A stretch of DNA of 64,000 nt from Kofleriaceae bacterium (GTDB lineage: Bacteria; Myxococcota_A; Polyangia; Haliangiales; Haliangiaceae), in contig JABTUH010000016.1 in NCBI GenBank assembly GCA_015075455.1, forward strand, positions 1 through 64,000, given 5' to 3'. Positions 1 to 8,292 of the stretch are shown here, one piece after another. Below the pieces are notes generated by a model. That model did no database searches, was not told where the DNA came from, and saw only the letters and a program-made list of their open reading frames with translations. Position 1 is the stretch's first letter. Every line of letters starts with the position of its first letter. Both the position numbers and the translations under genes were made by a program.

Positions 1-368
1 GCGTCGGCGGGCTCGGCGCGCCAGAACTCCCGGCGCGCGGCCGCGCGCGGGGCCGGCACGAGCGGCACGCCCGACAGGCCGGAGAGGGTGGCGTCGTCGA
101 TCGCCGGCAGCCCGAGCTGGATCTCCGCCAGCGTGTGGCCCTCCGCCTGCAGCCGCTTGATCGCGACGAGCTGCGCGAGGTGACGCCGCCCGTACAGCGC
201 GGTGCGCCCACGCAGTACCGGACGGTCCAGCACGCCGAGCGTCGTGTAGTACCGGATGCTGCGCTCGTCCGGAACCGCCCTCACCTGCCCGTTGGCAGGC
301 GCCTCCTCCCCCTCGAGCCAGCGCTCGACCTCCTCCCTCAGCTCGCGGATGGTCCACTCGTCGCTCAC
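1..368 (-). CDS. MerR-family HTH transcriptional regulator (N-terminal part; gene runs off the left edge of the window)
   Basis: Minus-strand translation from GTG at 368 reads VSDEWTIRELREEVERWLEG...RSIRYYTTLGVLDRPVLRGRTALYGRRHLAQLVAIKRLQAEGHTLAEIQ. This is a MerR-type HTH followed by the start of the dimerisation helix, with GC3-rich codon use. It is absent from the ORF track because it is truncated by the window edge. Confidence 0.55.
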   Translation of the reverse strand, partial: MSDEWTIRELREEVERWLEGEEAPANGQVRAVPDERSIRYYTTLGVLDRPVLRGRTALYGRRHLAQLVAIKRLQAEGHTLAEIQLGLPAIDDATLSGLSGVPLVPAPRAAARREFWRAEPAD

Positions 369-378
369 CCATCCACCA

Positions 379-402
379 TGACACTGTCATATGACACTGT
401 CA
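379..402. promoter_or_regulatory. Tandem palindromic operator TGACAcTGTCA-TA-TGACAcTGTCA in the divergent promoter region between the MerR-like gene and the 512 membrane protein
   Basis: Two identical 11-bp palindromes (TGACA-C-TGTCA) sit in direct tandem 2 bp apart. They lie 11 bp upstream of the MerR-like start, inside the only AT-rich stretch (about 380-450) in the first 2 kb. A TAAAAT -10-like hexamer is at 436-441. Confidence 0.5.
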
Positions 403-511
403 ATAACAATTCTCACAACATCAAGAACTGAAAGGTAAAATGCGGTGGGTGGCACCCTCCACGTCCCCCTGCCCGGGCGGTGCCACCCACCGGTTGGTGT
501 AGGATCTCGGG

Positions 512-1702
512 ATGCGCTCGCCGCTCGCCGCCCTCGCCGCCCTGCTCGTGGTCACCTCGCCGGTCATGGCGCAGCCGGGAGGCGCGCCACCGCCGGAGCC
601 AGCGCCGGTTCCGGCGCCACCGCCGGTGGACGCGCAGGCGATCTATCAGCGGGCGTTCGCGGCGATGATCGCGGGCGACCTGGCGTCCGCGCGCGCCGGC
701 TTCGCCGAGGTGACGGCGACCTCGCCCGACCCGGAGCTGCGGGCGGCAGCGCGCGAGCTCGGCCGCCTCGCCGACGAGCTCGCCGCGCGCCAGGCCCGGA
801 TCGTGTTCGGCGCCGCCACCGAGCCGACGCCGACGCCCACGCCCGCCCCCGGCCACCACGACCACAAGGACGACCACGACGAGGGGCGCGCCGGCGTGAT
901 CGTCACGTCGACGCTGGCCTCCATCTACGCCGGCGCCGTCCTGTCCGACCTCGCGGACACCGGCGACGCCCGCGCCATCACCGGCATCGTCGTCGCCACC
1001 ACCGCCGCCGGCCTCGCGCTCAGCCTCTACGGCACCAAGGGCCGCACGATCACCGGCGGCACCGCCGAGGCCTACAGCCTCGGCATGATGATCGGCGCCG
1101 GCAACGGCCTGCTCCTCGCCGGACCGCTCGGCGCCGACACCTCGGAGCAGTGGAACGTCACCGTGCTCGGCAGCATGGCGGTCGCCGCCGGCGCCGGCTT
1201 CTACTACGGCCACCGCCGCAACCCCACCCGCGGCCAGGTCTCGTTCTCCGGCACCATGGCGACCATGGGCCTCGCCACCGTCGGCCTCGGCCTCATCATC
1301 ATCCAGCCCGACATCGACGACTCGGACACGATCCTCCTCGCCATGGCCGGCGGCCTCGACGCCGGCGCCATCGGCGGCATGTACCTGGGGCGCGACCTGA
1401 CCTGGTCGGCGGGCCGCGCCCGCCTGGTGTGGCTGGGCGCCCTCCTCGGCGGCATCCTCGGCGGCGCCACCGGCATCATGCTCTTCGCCGACGACGACGC
1501 CGGCGAGGACACCAACACCAAGGGCCGCATCACGGCCGCCCTCGCCCTCGGCGGCGCCTGGGGCGGCCTCTTCCTCGGCTCGCGCTTCACGCGCAACATG
1601 CGCCCCGACCCGCGCTTCCGCGTCGCCCCCGCCGCCACCACCCAGGTCGTGCCCATGGCCGTGCCGCACGGCGGCGGCCTCGCCGTCACCGGCATCTTCT
1701 GA
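512..1702 (+). CDS. Signal-peptide polytopic membrane protein; N-terminal Ala-rich helical region, then Gly-rich transmembrane helices
   Basis: ATG at 512. The N-terminus MRSPLAALAALLVVTSPVMAQ is a signal peptide. This is followed by an Ala-rich helical segment, then repeated hydrophobic GxxxG-rich segments. Composition is coherent (Y, F, W, M, I present) and there is no competing gene. Confidence 0.7.
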   Translation: MRSPLAALAALLVVTSPVMAQPGGAPPPEPAPVPAPPPVDAQAIYQRAFAAMIAGDLASARAGFAEVTATSPDPELRAAARELGRLADELAARQARIVFGAATEPTPTPTPAPGHHDHKDDHDEGRAGVIVTSTLASIYAGAVLSDLADTGDARAITGIVVATTAAGLALSLYGTKGRTITGGTAEAYSLGMMIGAGNGLLLAGPLGADTSEQWNVTVLGSMAVAAGAGFYYGHRRNPTRGQVSFSGTMATMGLATVGLGLIIIQPDIDDSDTILLAMAGGLDAGAIGGMYLGRDLTWSAGRARLVWLGALLGGILGGATGIMLFADDDAGEDTNTKGRITAALALGGAWGGLFLGSRFTRNMRPDPRFRVAPAATTQVVPMAVPHGGGLAVTGIF

Positions 1703-1728
1703 ACTGACCCGGCGTCGCGCCCCGCCCG

Positions 1729-2649
1729 TCAGCGCTTGCGCAGCGCCGTGAGGTGGCGCGCGGCCTCGGCGCGGATCACCTCCGCCAGCAACCCCAGCTC
1801 GCGCCCGCGCGCCGACGACATCCGCCACACCAGCCCGACGTCGCGGCCCGGCGCCGGCGCCAGCTTCGCGCTGGCCACGCCGGTGCCCCGGCCGGCCAGG
1901 ACCGCGGCCGACATCTCGGGCAGGAGCGTCACCCCCTGCCCGCTCGCCACCATCTGCACCAGCGTCGGCAGGCTGGTCGCGCGCAGCTCCGCCACCTCGT
2001 GCGAGCCGGCGTGGCTGCACACCGCCAGCGCCTGATCGCGCAGGCAGTGCCCGTCCTCCAGCAGGAGCACGTCCTCGCCCGCCAGGTCGTCCTCGCGCAC
2101 CCGCGCCCGCCGCGCCAGCTCGTGGGCCAGCGGCGCCGCCAGGAGGAAGTGCTCGCGGTAGAGCTGGATCGCCGCCAGATCGCCCGGCACCGGCAGCGCC
2201 AGCACCCCGGCGTCGAGCCGGCCGTCGTCGAGCTGGGCGAGGACACGGGCGGTCTGCTCCTCGCGCAGGATCAGGCGCAGCTCCGGGTACGCCGCCCGTA
2301 CCGCCGGCAGCACCACCGGCAGGAGGTAGGGCGCGATCGTGGGGATCACGCCGAGGCGCAGCGTGCCCGACAGCGGCTGGGCCGCCGTCCGCGCCACCTC
2401 GGCGATGGCAGCCGCGCTGGCCAGCGTCGCCCGCGCCCGCGCCACGATCTCGGTGCCGGCCGCGGTCACCAGCACCTTGCGACGGTCGCGCTCGAAGAGC
2501 TGGACGCCGAGCGTCTCCTCGAGCTGGGCGATCTGCGCCGACAGCGCCGGCTGGGTCACCATGCACGCCTCGGCCGCGCGGCGGAAGCTGCGATGGTCGG
2601 CGACCGCGACCATGTACTCGAGCTGGCGGAGCGTGAAGCCGACCTTCAT
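1729..2649 (-). CDS. oxyR: LysR-family redox-sensing regulator OxyR
   Basis: MKVGFTLRQLEYMVAVADHRSFRRAAEACMVTQPALSAQIAQLEETLGV is a LysR N-terminal HTH. The motif LLLEDGHCLRDQALAVC matches the OxyR redox-active GHCLRDQ cysteine region. ATG at 2649 is the preferred start (the track begins the ORF at GTG 2661). Confidence 0.8.
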   Translation of the reverse strand: MKVGFTLRQLEYMVAVADHRSFRRAAEACMVTQPALSAQIAQLEETLGVQLFERDRRKVLVTAAGTEIVARARATLASAAAIAEVARTAAQPLSGTLRLGVIPTIAPYLLPVVLPAVRAAYPELRLILREEQTARVLAQLDDGRLDAGVLALPVPGDLAAIQLYREHFLLAAPLAHELARRARVREDDLAGEDVLLLEDGHCLRDQALAVCSHAGSHEVAELRATSLPTLVQMVASGQGVTLLPEMSAAVLAGRGTGVASAKLAPAPGRDVGLVWRMSSARGRELGLLAEVIRAEAARHLTALRKR

Positions 2650-2653
2650 GAGG

Positions 2654-2668
2654 ATAGACACATCCTAT
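2654..2668. promoter_or_regulatory. OxyR-type binding half-site ATAG-N7-CTAT overlapping the oxyR promoter
   Basis: ATAGacacatcCTAT (2654-2668) matches the OxyR / LysR T-N11-A palindrome, with a further ATAG at 2670-2673. It lies 5 bp upstream of the oxyR ATG, in the 120-bp divergent intergenic region shared with the M23 peptidase gene. Confidence 0.5.
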
Positions 2669-2910
2669 CATAGGAGACCCGTTCTTCACTCCACGTTATC
2701 AGCGCCTCCGCCGCGGCCGCGCGCCGAGCCCCCCCGGCGCCGGCCGACCGCCGCTGCGTGCTATGACCGGCGCATGTCGCCCGCCTCGCGCTCGCCGCTG
2801 CCCTGCCTCCTCCTCGCCGGCTGCCGCGGGGCGCGGCGCCGACCGCCGGCGGCGGCACCGCGGCGCCGGCGAGCGGTCGGCGCGCACCCGCCGCGCGCAC
2901 CCCGGCGGCG

Positions 2911-3843
2911 GTGCCTGCGGACTACGCCGCGGCCGGGCCCGCACCGAGCGCGCGGCCGCGCGGCGCGACCCTCCTCCTCGACGGGCGACCTGGCGAGCTC
3001 CACGCCTGGTTCCAGCCCGCGCTCGCCGAGCTGGCCTCGATCGAGCTCCTCACCCAGGTCCGCGCCCAGCTCACCGCCGCCGGGCCGGTCACCCGCGGGC
3101 CCGAGGCGGTCTTCCTCACGCCCGCCGCGCGCGGCTACCTCGGCGACCTCGTGACCGCGAGCGGCACCGTCACCGCCAGCATGGCGCTCGACGACGCCGG
3201 CAAGCTCGCGGGCCTGACCTTCGTGCCCCGGCCGCCGCTGCCGCCCGACCCCCACGCCGACCGCCCGCTGCGCGCGCGCCTGCGCCTACCCTTCGACGGC
3301 CAGTGGTTCGTGTTCTGGGGCGGACCCAGCGCCACGGTCAACTACCACGTGGTCGCCCCCGACCAGCGTCACGCCTACGACCTCGTGATCTGGAAGGACG
3401 GCGGCACCCACACCGGCGACGGCACCCGCAACGAGCAGTACCACTGCTGGGGTCAGCCGGTGCTGGCGCCGGCCGCCGGCACGGTCGTCGCCGTCGAGAA
3501 CGGCCTGCCCGACAACCCGCCGGGCAAGATGGACGCGAGCGCCAAGGCCGGCAACCACGTCGTGCTCGATCTCGGCGACGGGGCCCACGCGCTCCTCGCC
3601 CACCTGCAACAGGGCTCGGTCGCGGTGCGGCTCGGCGATCGGGTCACCGCCGGCCAGCGGCTCGGCCTCACCGGCAACAGCGGCAACACCAGCGAGCCCC
3701 ACCTGCACCTCCACCTCCAGGACGGCCCCACCCTGTTCCGCGGCGCCGGCCTGCCGGTGTGGTTCGACGACGCCTGCGTCGACGGTCAGCCGCCGGCGCG
3801 GGTCGCCCCGGTGCACGGCCAGTTCGTCGAGCACTGTCGCTGA
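2911..3843 (+). CDS. M23-family (LytM-type) metallo-endopeptidase; its lipoprotein signal appears to sit in another frame upstream (2774-2826)
   Basis: NHVVLDLGDGAHALLAHLQQGSVAVRLGDRVTAGQRLGLTGNSGNTSEPHLHLHLQ carries the M23 HxxxD ... HLH signature. The frame is only open from GTG 2911. Frame 2 at 2774 encodes MSPASRSPLPCLLLAGC, a lipoprotein signal plus lipobox, and then degenerates. Frame 1 directly after it reads like a mature-lipoprotein linker (GAAPTAGGGTAAPASG...). Confidence 0.75.
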   Translation: MPADYAAAGPAPSARPRGATLLLDGRPGELHAWFQPALAELASIELLTQVRAQLTAAGPVTRGPEAVFLTPAARGYLGDLVTASGTVTASMALDDAGKLAGLTFVPRPPLPPDPHADRPLRARLRLPFDGQWFVFWGGPSATVNYHVVAPDQRHAYDLVIWKDGGTHTGDGTRNEQYHCWGQPVLAPAAGTVVAVENGLPDNPPGKMDASAKAGNHVVLDLGDGAHALLAHLQQGSVAVRLGDRVTAGQRLGLTGNSGNTSEPHLHLHLQDGPTLFRGAGLPVWFDDACVDGQPPARVAPVHGQFVEHCR

Positions 3844-3877
3844 CGCCCGCCGCGCGTGGGCGCCGGCGCGGGCCCGC

Positions 3878-4896
3878 GCGTCAGCCGGCGCGCTCGTCCA
3901 GGTGCCGCCGCACCAGCCGCGCGCACCACGCGATCGCGCCGGTCGCCAGCAGCAAGAACACGACGAACAGCGGCAGGCCCTGGGCGCCGTCGAGCGTCGC
4001 CCGCCACTCGATGGCGTGGGCGCGATCGACCTCGCGCAGCGCCGCCACCGCGAGGAACAGCGCGACCGCGCCGACGGTGACCAGCCGTCGCCCTGCTCGC
4101 CCGCGCCCGCCGGCGAGCGCGACCATCCCGGCGCGGCGGTCACGCGGCCGCGCCGCTCCCCGCCAGCACCAGCCACGGCGTGGGCATCGCCGGCAGCCTC
4201 GCCGGCGCGCCCGCCGACCGTCCCCACCGCCGCCGCCGCCGCCACCGCCAGGCCGGTCAGCCCGAGCCCGCCCAGGCGGCGCAGCTCGCCGCGTCCCGCC
4301 CGCGCCGCGGCCAGCCACGCCGCGCCGGTCGCGAACGCCACCGCCGCCAACCCCAGCCACAGCGCCAGACGGACGGCGATCACCGGGTCGCGGTGGACGA
4401 CGCGACCGTCGCGGTAGTGCGCGACCCAGGTCTCGGCGCCGGCGGCGGCCAGGGTGTGCTCCTCGATCCACGACCACGCGACGAAGAGGAACGCGAGCAG
4501 GGCGGCGCCGCTCACCAGCCCCCGCCGCGCCCGCGACCACGCCTGCGCCCGCACGCTCTTGCCCAGGTACAGCAGGTAGAAGCCGGCGATGAGCGCCGGC
4601 ACGATCGCCATGAAGCGGTGCGACATGAGGAGCGTCGCCGTGTACACGCGGTGCTGGTAGAGGACCTGGATCAGCAGCAGCGGCGCCACCCCGGCGGTGA
4701 TCGCCGCGCCGAGCGCGAACGGCAGCCAGTCGCGGGCCGCCGCCGCCACCGGATCGTCGCCGCCGACGAGCGCCCGCGCCGTCGCCCACGCCGCCGCGCC
4801 CAGCACGAAGCCGACGAGCAGCGCGTGGGCGGCGAAGGTGAGCACGAGCAGGAGCACGTAGCCCCCCGGGCCGCCGAGGTCGGCGAACAGGCTCAT
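3878..4896 (-). CDS. Polytopic membrane protein with an apparent internal frameshift near 4100-4150; translationally coupled to the upstream haem-c membrane protein
   Basis: ATG at 4896 overlaps the TGA of the upstream gene in an ATGA overlap. Frame A reads MSLFADLGGPGGYVLLLVLTFAAHALLVGF...YLLYLGKSVRAQAW with proper transmembrane helices. It loses sense near 4130, while frame B carries a convincing C-terminus ...LVTVGAVALFLAVAALREVDRAHAIEWRATLDGAQGLPLFVVFLLLATGAIAWCARLVRRHLDERAG ending 3878. Confidence 0.55.
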
Positions 4897-6368
4897 CGCG
4901 CACCCCCGCGCCCACCACCCGCGGCCTCGCCCGGCGGCCGCGGCCGCTCCGGCGCCGGCGCGGTGCCAGCCTCGTCGAGCCAGCGCGCGATCTGCGCCAG
5001 CGCCGTCGGGTCGTCGGACACCGGCCAGGCGGCCGGCGCGCCCGCCGCCTCCCAGCGGATGAGCTGGGCCACCGCCTCGACCTCGGTCGCCGGGCCGGCG
5101 AACGGCGGCATGAAGCCCTTGGTCTCCTGCAGGCGCGCGATCGCGATGCGGAGCTGCTCGAGCGACCAGGCGCCGCCGAGGTGGACCAGGCCGTTGGCGC
5201 CCTTCATCGTGTGGCAGGCCGCGCACTGCAGCCGCACCACGCGCGCGCCGAGGGCGAGCTGCGCCGTCGGGTAGCGCGCGGCGTCGCGCAGCGGGTACGG
5301 ATCGCGCGCCACCGAGCCCTCGGCGCGCAGCCGCGCGACCTCGGCCGGCGCGATGGCGTTGGAGTACAGGACCTGCCGGATCGTGAACGGCTTGCGCGCG
5401 CCCTCGCGCACGAACTCGCCGGCGGCGGTGGCGCCGAACGCCAGCGCCAGCAGGAGCGCCGCGGTCGCGCCGCTCACGTACAGGCGCCGCCACCAGATCC
5501 CGACGAGCGCGTAGGCGCCGATCAGCAGCGACGCCCCGGCGGCCAGCGCCAGGAACATCGACATCGCCACGCTGCCCCCGGTCAGCCACGCCCGGCTGTC
5601 GGCGGGGATGACCGCCACGTACCACAGCCCCAGCGCCGGCATCGCCGCCATCGGCACCAGCAGGCGCGCGGCGCGGGCGAGGAGGGCGTGGCGCGCGGCG
5701 CGGTCCAGCTCCATCGTGTTGATGACGGCGATCGCGGCCAGCGCCCCCAGCGTGCTCGACACCGCGACCCGGTAGAGCAGCGACGGCCAGAAGCTGGGGT
5801 TGAAGAAGCCGGCCCACACGTCGCCCGAGGCCAGCCACGCCCCCGGGGTGAGCTGCCACGACAGGATGCCGTTGATCCAGAACAGGCTGCCGAACGACGC
5901 CAGCGCGTAGGTGGCGAGCAGGCGCAGGCGCACGCCGTCGGGCAGGCGCTCGCCGTAGCGCAGGAACATGTAGCCGGCGACGATCTCGACCGCGAAGCAG
6001 CACCACTCGATCGCCCAGATCCAGTGGAACTCGTCGACCATGAGCCCGATCGTGCGCGGCCCGACCTGGATCGTCGTCAACCACATCGCCACGCCGGTCA
6101 GGGCGCCGGTGACGAAGCTGACCAGCACCAGGTACTTGAAGAAGCTGTCGAGGAAGCGGCGAGCGTCGGGCACGCCGCGCCCGGCCAGCCACTGGAAGTA
6201 CGTCATCAGGAACCCGCCGCCGATCGCGAACTGGGCGAGGAAGACGTGGAGGATGCCGACCGCGCCGATGACCATGCCGCGCATCGCCGGACCGAAGTCG
6301 TTGACCGGGTAAGCGGTCGGCTCCATCCCCGCTGGGATGATGCCACCGCCGGCGCCGGCATGCGTCAT
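4893..6368 (-). CDS. Polytopic membrane protein (possibly CydA-like b-haem fold, conserved His in first helix) fused to a C-terminal mono-haem c-type cytochrome domain (CAACH)
   Basis: The real start is MTHAGAGGGIIPAGMEPTAYP at 6368; the upstream 550 codons of the 1043-aa ORF are Arg/Gly-rich and spurious. There are about 9 hydrophobic helices (ILHVFLAQFAIGGGFLMTYFQW..., WIWAIEWCCFAVEIVAGYMF...). A periplasmic tail follows with CAACHTMKG (CxxCH) plus ...KGFMPPF. Stop TGA is at 4893-4895. Confidence 0.7.
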   Translation of the reverse strand: MTHAGAGGGIIPAGMEPTAYPVNDFGPAMRGMVIGAVGILHVFLAQFAIGGGFLMTYFQWLAGRGVPDARRFLDSFFKYLVLVSFVTGALTGVAMWLTTIQVGPRTIGLMVDEFHWIWAIEWCCFAVEIVAGYMFLRYGERLPDGVRLRLLATYALASFGSLFWINGILSWQLTPGAWLASGDVWAGFFNPSFWPSLLYRVAVSSTLGALAAIAVINTMELDRAARHALLARAARLLVPMAAMPALGLWYVAVIPADSRAWLTGGSVAMSMFLALAAGASLLIGAYALVGIWWRRLYVSGATAALLLALAFGATAAGEFVREGARKPFTIRQVLYSNAIAPAEVARLRAEGSVARDPYPLRDAARYPTAQLALGARVVRLQCAACHTMKGANGLVHLGGAWSLEQLRIAIARLQETKGFMPPFAGPATEVEAVAQLIRWEAAGAPAAWPVSDDPTALAQIARWLDEAGTAPAPERPRPPGEAAGGGRGGAR

Positions 6369-6412
6369 CGCGTCGCGGCGATCGGCCGGCCGCGGGCTCG
6401 CCCCGCCTTCGC

Positions 6413-7957
6413 TCAGGGCGCGAGGCGGGCGACGAAGGCGTCGGGCTTGGCCAGCTTCGCGCCCTCGGCCTGGACCGCGGTCGGCCCGCCGGGGACGAGG
6501 TCGAGCGTGAAGCGGTAGGCGCCCGAGACGTAGGGCGTGCCGTCGCGGCCGATGGCCACCGCCAGCCCGACGTCCTGATCCTTGGCCCCCCAGCGCCGGC
6601 TCCACACGTGGGTGCCGGCGGCGTCGAGCTTGAGGAAGAAGCCGTCCATGTAGCCGGCGGTCTTGAACGGGCCACCGCCGAGGTCGATCGTGGTCTCGAA
6701 GCCGCCCACGACCACCAGGTTGCCGGCGGCGTCGGCGGCGACGCCGAGCCCGACGTCGGCGCGCTCGCCGCCGTAGGTCTTGACCCACAGGAGCTTGCCC
6801 TCGGGCGACAGCCGGGCCACGAACACGTCGGACTCGCCCTTCGACAGCACCGGCGTCCCCAGCACGTCGAGGTCCTTGTCGAACGAGCCGGTGATCACGA
6901 CGTGGCCGGCGGGGTCGACGGCGAGCCCGCCCGCCCGCTCCTGGAACGGGTTGCCGAGGCGCACGCTCCACACGTGGTTGCCCACCGGATCGAAGCGGGC
7001 CACGAACAGGTCGTCGTCGCCGGCGCTCTTGTGGGTGGTGCCGCCGAGCGTGATCGTGCCCTTGAAGCGGCCGAGGGCGTAGATGTTGCCGGCGGGGTCG
7101 ACGGCGACGTGGCTCACCTCGTCGGGGTACTCGCCGCCGAGCTGGGTCACCCACTCGACCTCGCCGCCGGCCCCGAGCTTGACCAGCGCCGCGTCGTCGC
7201 CGCCGCGCGAGGTCACGGTGGTCGCGCCCAGCGCCACCTCCTGGCCGAACGACACCGCGACGATCCAGCCGCCGTCGCCGGCGGCGGCGATGGCGGTGGC
7301 GGCGTCGGAGGCCGGGCCGCCGGCGGTCCACAGCCACTGCACCTCGCCGGCGGGGTCGAGCCCGACCACGAACAGGTCGTCGGAGCCGGTCGCCTTGCCG
7401 CTCAACCCGCCGGCGGTGACCGTGCTCGAGAACAGCCCGGTGGCGGCGACGTTGCCCTTGTCGTCGACCGCGACCGCGTCGCCCCGCTCCTCGTGCTTGC
7501 CGCCGATCGTCGTCACCCAGCTCACCGCGCCGCTGGCGTCGAGCCGGGCGACGAAGGCGTCGCTCTTGCCGGCCGCGGTGCGCGCGCCGGCGCCGGCGAA
7601 GGTCGCGGCCTCCTCGAAGTCGCCCACCGCGTACACCGCGCCGTCGCCTCCGACCGCGAGCCGCCGCACGATGTCGACCCGGGTGCCGCCGAGGCTCGTG
7701 ACCCAGGCCACCGCGCCGGTGGCGCCCGGCGGCGACTCGGCCAGCGGTGGCAGCGGCCGCGGCGGCGGCGCCACCCGCGGCTCGGCCGGCGCCGCGCTGC
7801 CGGAGGCGCTGCCGGACCCGCTGCCGGCGCCGTCGCGCTCGACCTTGCCGGCCCCGGCCTTGCCGGCCGGCTCCTTCTTGCCGCAGGCGACGAGGGGAAC
7901 GGCCAGGGTCAGCGCGACCGGGCCGACGAGGGCGAGCGAGACGAGGCGTGTGCGCAT
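6413..7957 (-). CDS. Lipoprotein with SBBP-type beta-propeller repeats
   Basis: MRTRLVSLALVGPVALTLAVPLVACG is a lipoprotein signal. About 8 repeats follow of G(N/D)xYVxGxFxGxxxxGG ... DAFVA(R/K)LD, matching the myxobacterial SBBP beta-propeller repeat family. Confidence 0.8.
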   Translation of the reverse strand: MRTRLVSLALVGPVALTLAVPLVACGKKEPAGKAGAGKVERDGAGSGSGSASGSAAPAEPRVAPPPRPLPPLAESPPGATGAVAWVTSLGGTRVDIVRRLAVGGDGAVYAVGDFEEAATFAGAGARTAAGKSDAFVARLDASGAVSWVTTIGGKHEERGDAVAVDDKGNVAATGLFSSTVTAGGLSGKATGSDDLFVVGLDPAGEVQWLWTAGGPASDAATAIAAAGDGGWIVAVSFGQEVALGATTVTSRGGDDAALVKLGAGGEVEWVTQLGGEYPDEVSHVAVDPAGNIYALGRFKGTITLGGTTHKSAGDDDLFVARFDPVGNHVWSVRLGNPFQERAGGLAVDPAGHVVITGSFDKDLDVLGTPVLSKGESDVFVARLSPEGKLLWVKTYGGERADVGLGVAADAAGNLVVVGGFETTIDLGGGPFKTAGYMDGFFLKLDAAGTHVWSRRWGAKDQDVGLAVAIGRDGTPYVSGAYRFTLDLVPGGPTAVQAEGAKLAKPDAFVARLAP

Positions 7958-8085
7958 GGTTCCTCGGGAGACACCGCGAGAGCCCTGACGTTGTCATGGC
8001 ATCGCCTCCCAGGGCAACGCGCACTTCGAGGGAACCGCCGCGGCGCCGCGTTGTCCAACTCGCCGCGGCAGGCTATCTCTCCCTC

Positions 8086-8292
8086 ATGCGCGTGGTCGGA
8101 GATGACGACGGCGTCGCGGCGCTCAAGGCGCTGGCCGCCGACAACCGTGACTACCTGAAGTTCCTGATCACCGAGGCGCAGTCCAACAGCGACCACACCG
8201 CCTCCTTCCGCGCCGCCGACGACACCCGCTGGGTGGTCCGCTTCCACCCGGAGTCCGGCGAGCTCGAGGTGCGACGCGTCCCCGCGCCGTGA
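8086..8292 (+). CDS. Small hypothetical protein (68 aa)
   Basis: MRVVGDDDGVAALKALAADNRDYLKFLITEAQSNSDHTASFRAADDTRWVVRFHPESGELEVRRVPAP has balanced composition. It sits divergent from the 7957 lipoprotein. Only the C-terminal part of track ORF 7747-8292 is plausible. Confidence 0.45.
   Translation: MRVVGDDDGVAALKALAADNRDYLKFLITEAQSNSDHTASFRAADDTRWVVRFHPESGELEVRRVPAP

Noticed and set aside
2763-4592. 609-aa plus-strand ORF overlapping the M23 peptidase
   Set aside because: Pro/Arg/Ala-rich nonsense in a different frame from the clearly identifiable M23 catalytic motifs.
3286-6675. 1129-aa minus-strand ORF treated as one gene
   Set aside because: It is a composite: the membrane protein starting at 4896 (in frame), plus out-of-frame read-through of the cytochrome gene and of the M23 peptidase antisense. 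It is split into the 3878-4896 gene; the remainder is noise.
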